Position numbers and translations under genes: made by a program
Shown here: positions 63,239 to 64,000 of the stretch, one piece after another
Layout of the letters: every line of letters starts with the position of its first letter
Numbering within the stretch: the first letter of the stretch is position 1
NCBI GenBank assembly: GCA_049997875.1
Contig: JBEKRC010000002.1
Location: 2,755 to 66,754 of the forward strand
Source: Minisyncoccia bacterium
GTDB lineage: Bacteria > Patescibacteriota > Minisyncoccia > UBA6257 > 2-01-FULL-56-20
Length of the DNA stretch: 64,000 bases
Direction of reading: 5' to 3'
Notes under the pieces: model-generated
Told to the model about the DNA's origin: nothing
What the model saw: the letters and a program-made list of their open reading frames with translations, nothing else
Database searches by the model: none

Positions 63239-64000
63239 TCATGACGCAATATATTTCCCTTCGCACGCACGCGCCGTTTCCCGTACCCGCGTCGTGAAAA
63301 CTGCCTGGGCCTTTTCCTTGTTGGCGTCCTCACCCGCCCATGCATCCATAGCGGGATCTTGTAGGGCGCGGCTGTAGGAAAAAGAAAGTTGCCACGGATA
63401 TTCTCCCGTTTTTGCCATCGCCGCGAGAACTATCGCATTCAGATTCTCGGTTGCTTCGCGAGGGGATTGGCCTCCCGAGAGGAAAACGATGCCGGGAACT
63501 TCGGTCGGGACTGACGCCCTGAACGCACGAAGCGTGGCTTCCGCTACTTCCTGCGGCGTCGCGCGCATGCCCGATTCTTTCCCCGGGAGCGCCATGCTGC
63601 TCTTCAGAATCATGCCCCGGAGGGAGATGCGATACTTTTTGAGCGCGGCAAAGACCGTCGTGAGCGTTCGCGCGATGGTCTCTTCTGATTGGGCGAGGGT
63701 GTGATCGCCGTCAATCAGCACTTCTGGCTCCACGATCGGCACGAGCCCCGCCTCCTCCGAAAGCACGGCATATTGCGCGATGAGGTACGCATTCGTTTCA
63801 AGGCATTCCGCTGTGGGGATCCCGTTTCCGATCTTCATAACTGCGCGCCACTTCGTGAAGCGTGCACCCATTGCCGCGTATTCCTGAAGCCGCTCTGCAA
63901 GTCCGTCCAACCCCTCCGTCACTTTTTCTTCGGGAGAGTTCGGAAGCGTGACCGTCCCCTTGTCCACTTTGATCCCGACCGCGATGCCGCGCTTCGCGAG
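63239..64000 (-). CDS. Fructose-bisphosphate aldolase class I (5' end outside the window)
   Basis: GIKVDKG, TEGLDGL, FTKWRAV, VPIVEPEVLIDG, LKSSM, FLSGGQ, SFSYSRALQ. Confidence 0.93.
   Translation of the reverse strand, partial: LAKRGIAVGIKVDKGTVTLPNSPEEKVTEGLDGLAERLQEYAAMGARFTKWRAVMKIGNGIPTAECLETNAYLIAQYAVLSEEAGLVPIVEPEVLIDGDHTLAQSEETIARTLTTVFAALKKYRISLRGMILKSSMALPGKESGMRATPQEVAEATLRAFRASVPTEVPGIVFLSGGQSPREATENLNAIVLAAMAKTGEYPWQLSFSYSRALQDPAMDAWAGEDANKEKAQAVFTTRVRETARACEGKYIAS

Noticed and set aside
1-64000. tRNA, rRNA, CRISPR arrays, IS elements
   Set aside because: None recognised by eye; intergenic spaces are short and lack spaced direct repeats. tRNAscan-SE, Infernal and a CRISPR finder would be needed to exclude them formally.

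Overview
64-kb chromosomal segment of a standard-code bacterium (TGA used as stop). Gene content and style point to Patescibacteria/CPR, probably Parcubacteria; this is inferred, since no rRNA marker is present. In order: housekeeping genes (glyQS, murA with Cys->Asp, mreB, holB, frr, rseP, msrB), a hicBA pair, a MacAB-type and an ABC-2 exporter, a second divergent hicBA-like pair, and an AT-rich surface-glycosylation island (about 20.1-32.8 kb: truncated Ugd, GT2, three GT4, Wzx, two GT-C, LamG). From 33.5 to 50.3 kb is the most unusual locus. Two VirD4/TraD-like ATPase genes bracket a tandem array of six roughly 550-590 aa Cys-rich paralogs, and the second ATPase carries the same CxxC-x17-CxxC zinc ribbon found in the array proteins. 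An orphan antisense pemK/mazF gene sits in the array, facing a strong promoter and GC hairpin. After the locus is a trpL-like attenuator (Phe/Tyr/Trp-rich leader peptide with alternative hairpins) upstream of an orphan gene. The window ends with a stand-alone ATP-cone gene, an ABC exporter, a complete de novo UMP pathway (carAB, pyrEFDCB) and a partial class I aldolase. Many genes have a -10 hexamer 6-9 nt before the start codon, suggesting leaderless mRNAs. No tRNA, rRNA, CRISPR array, transposase or integrase was recognised.
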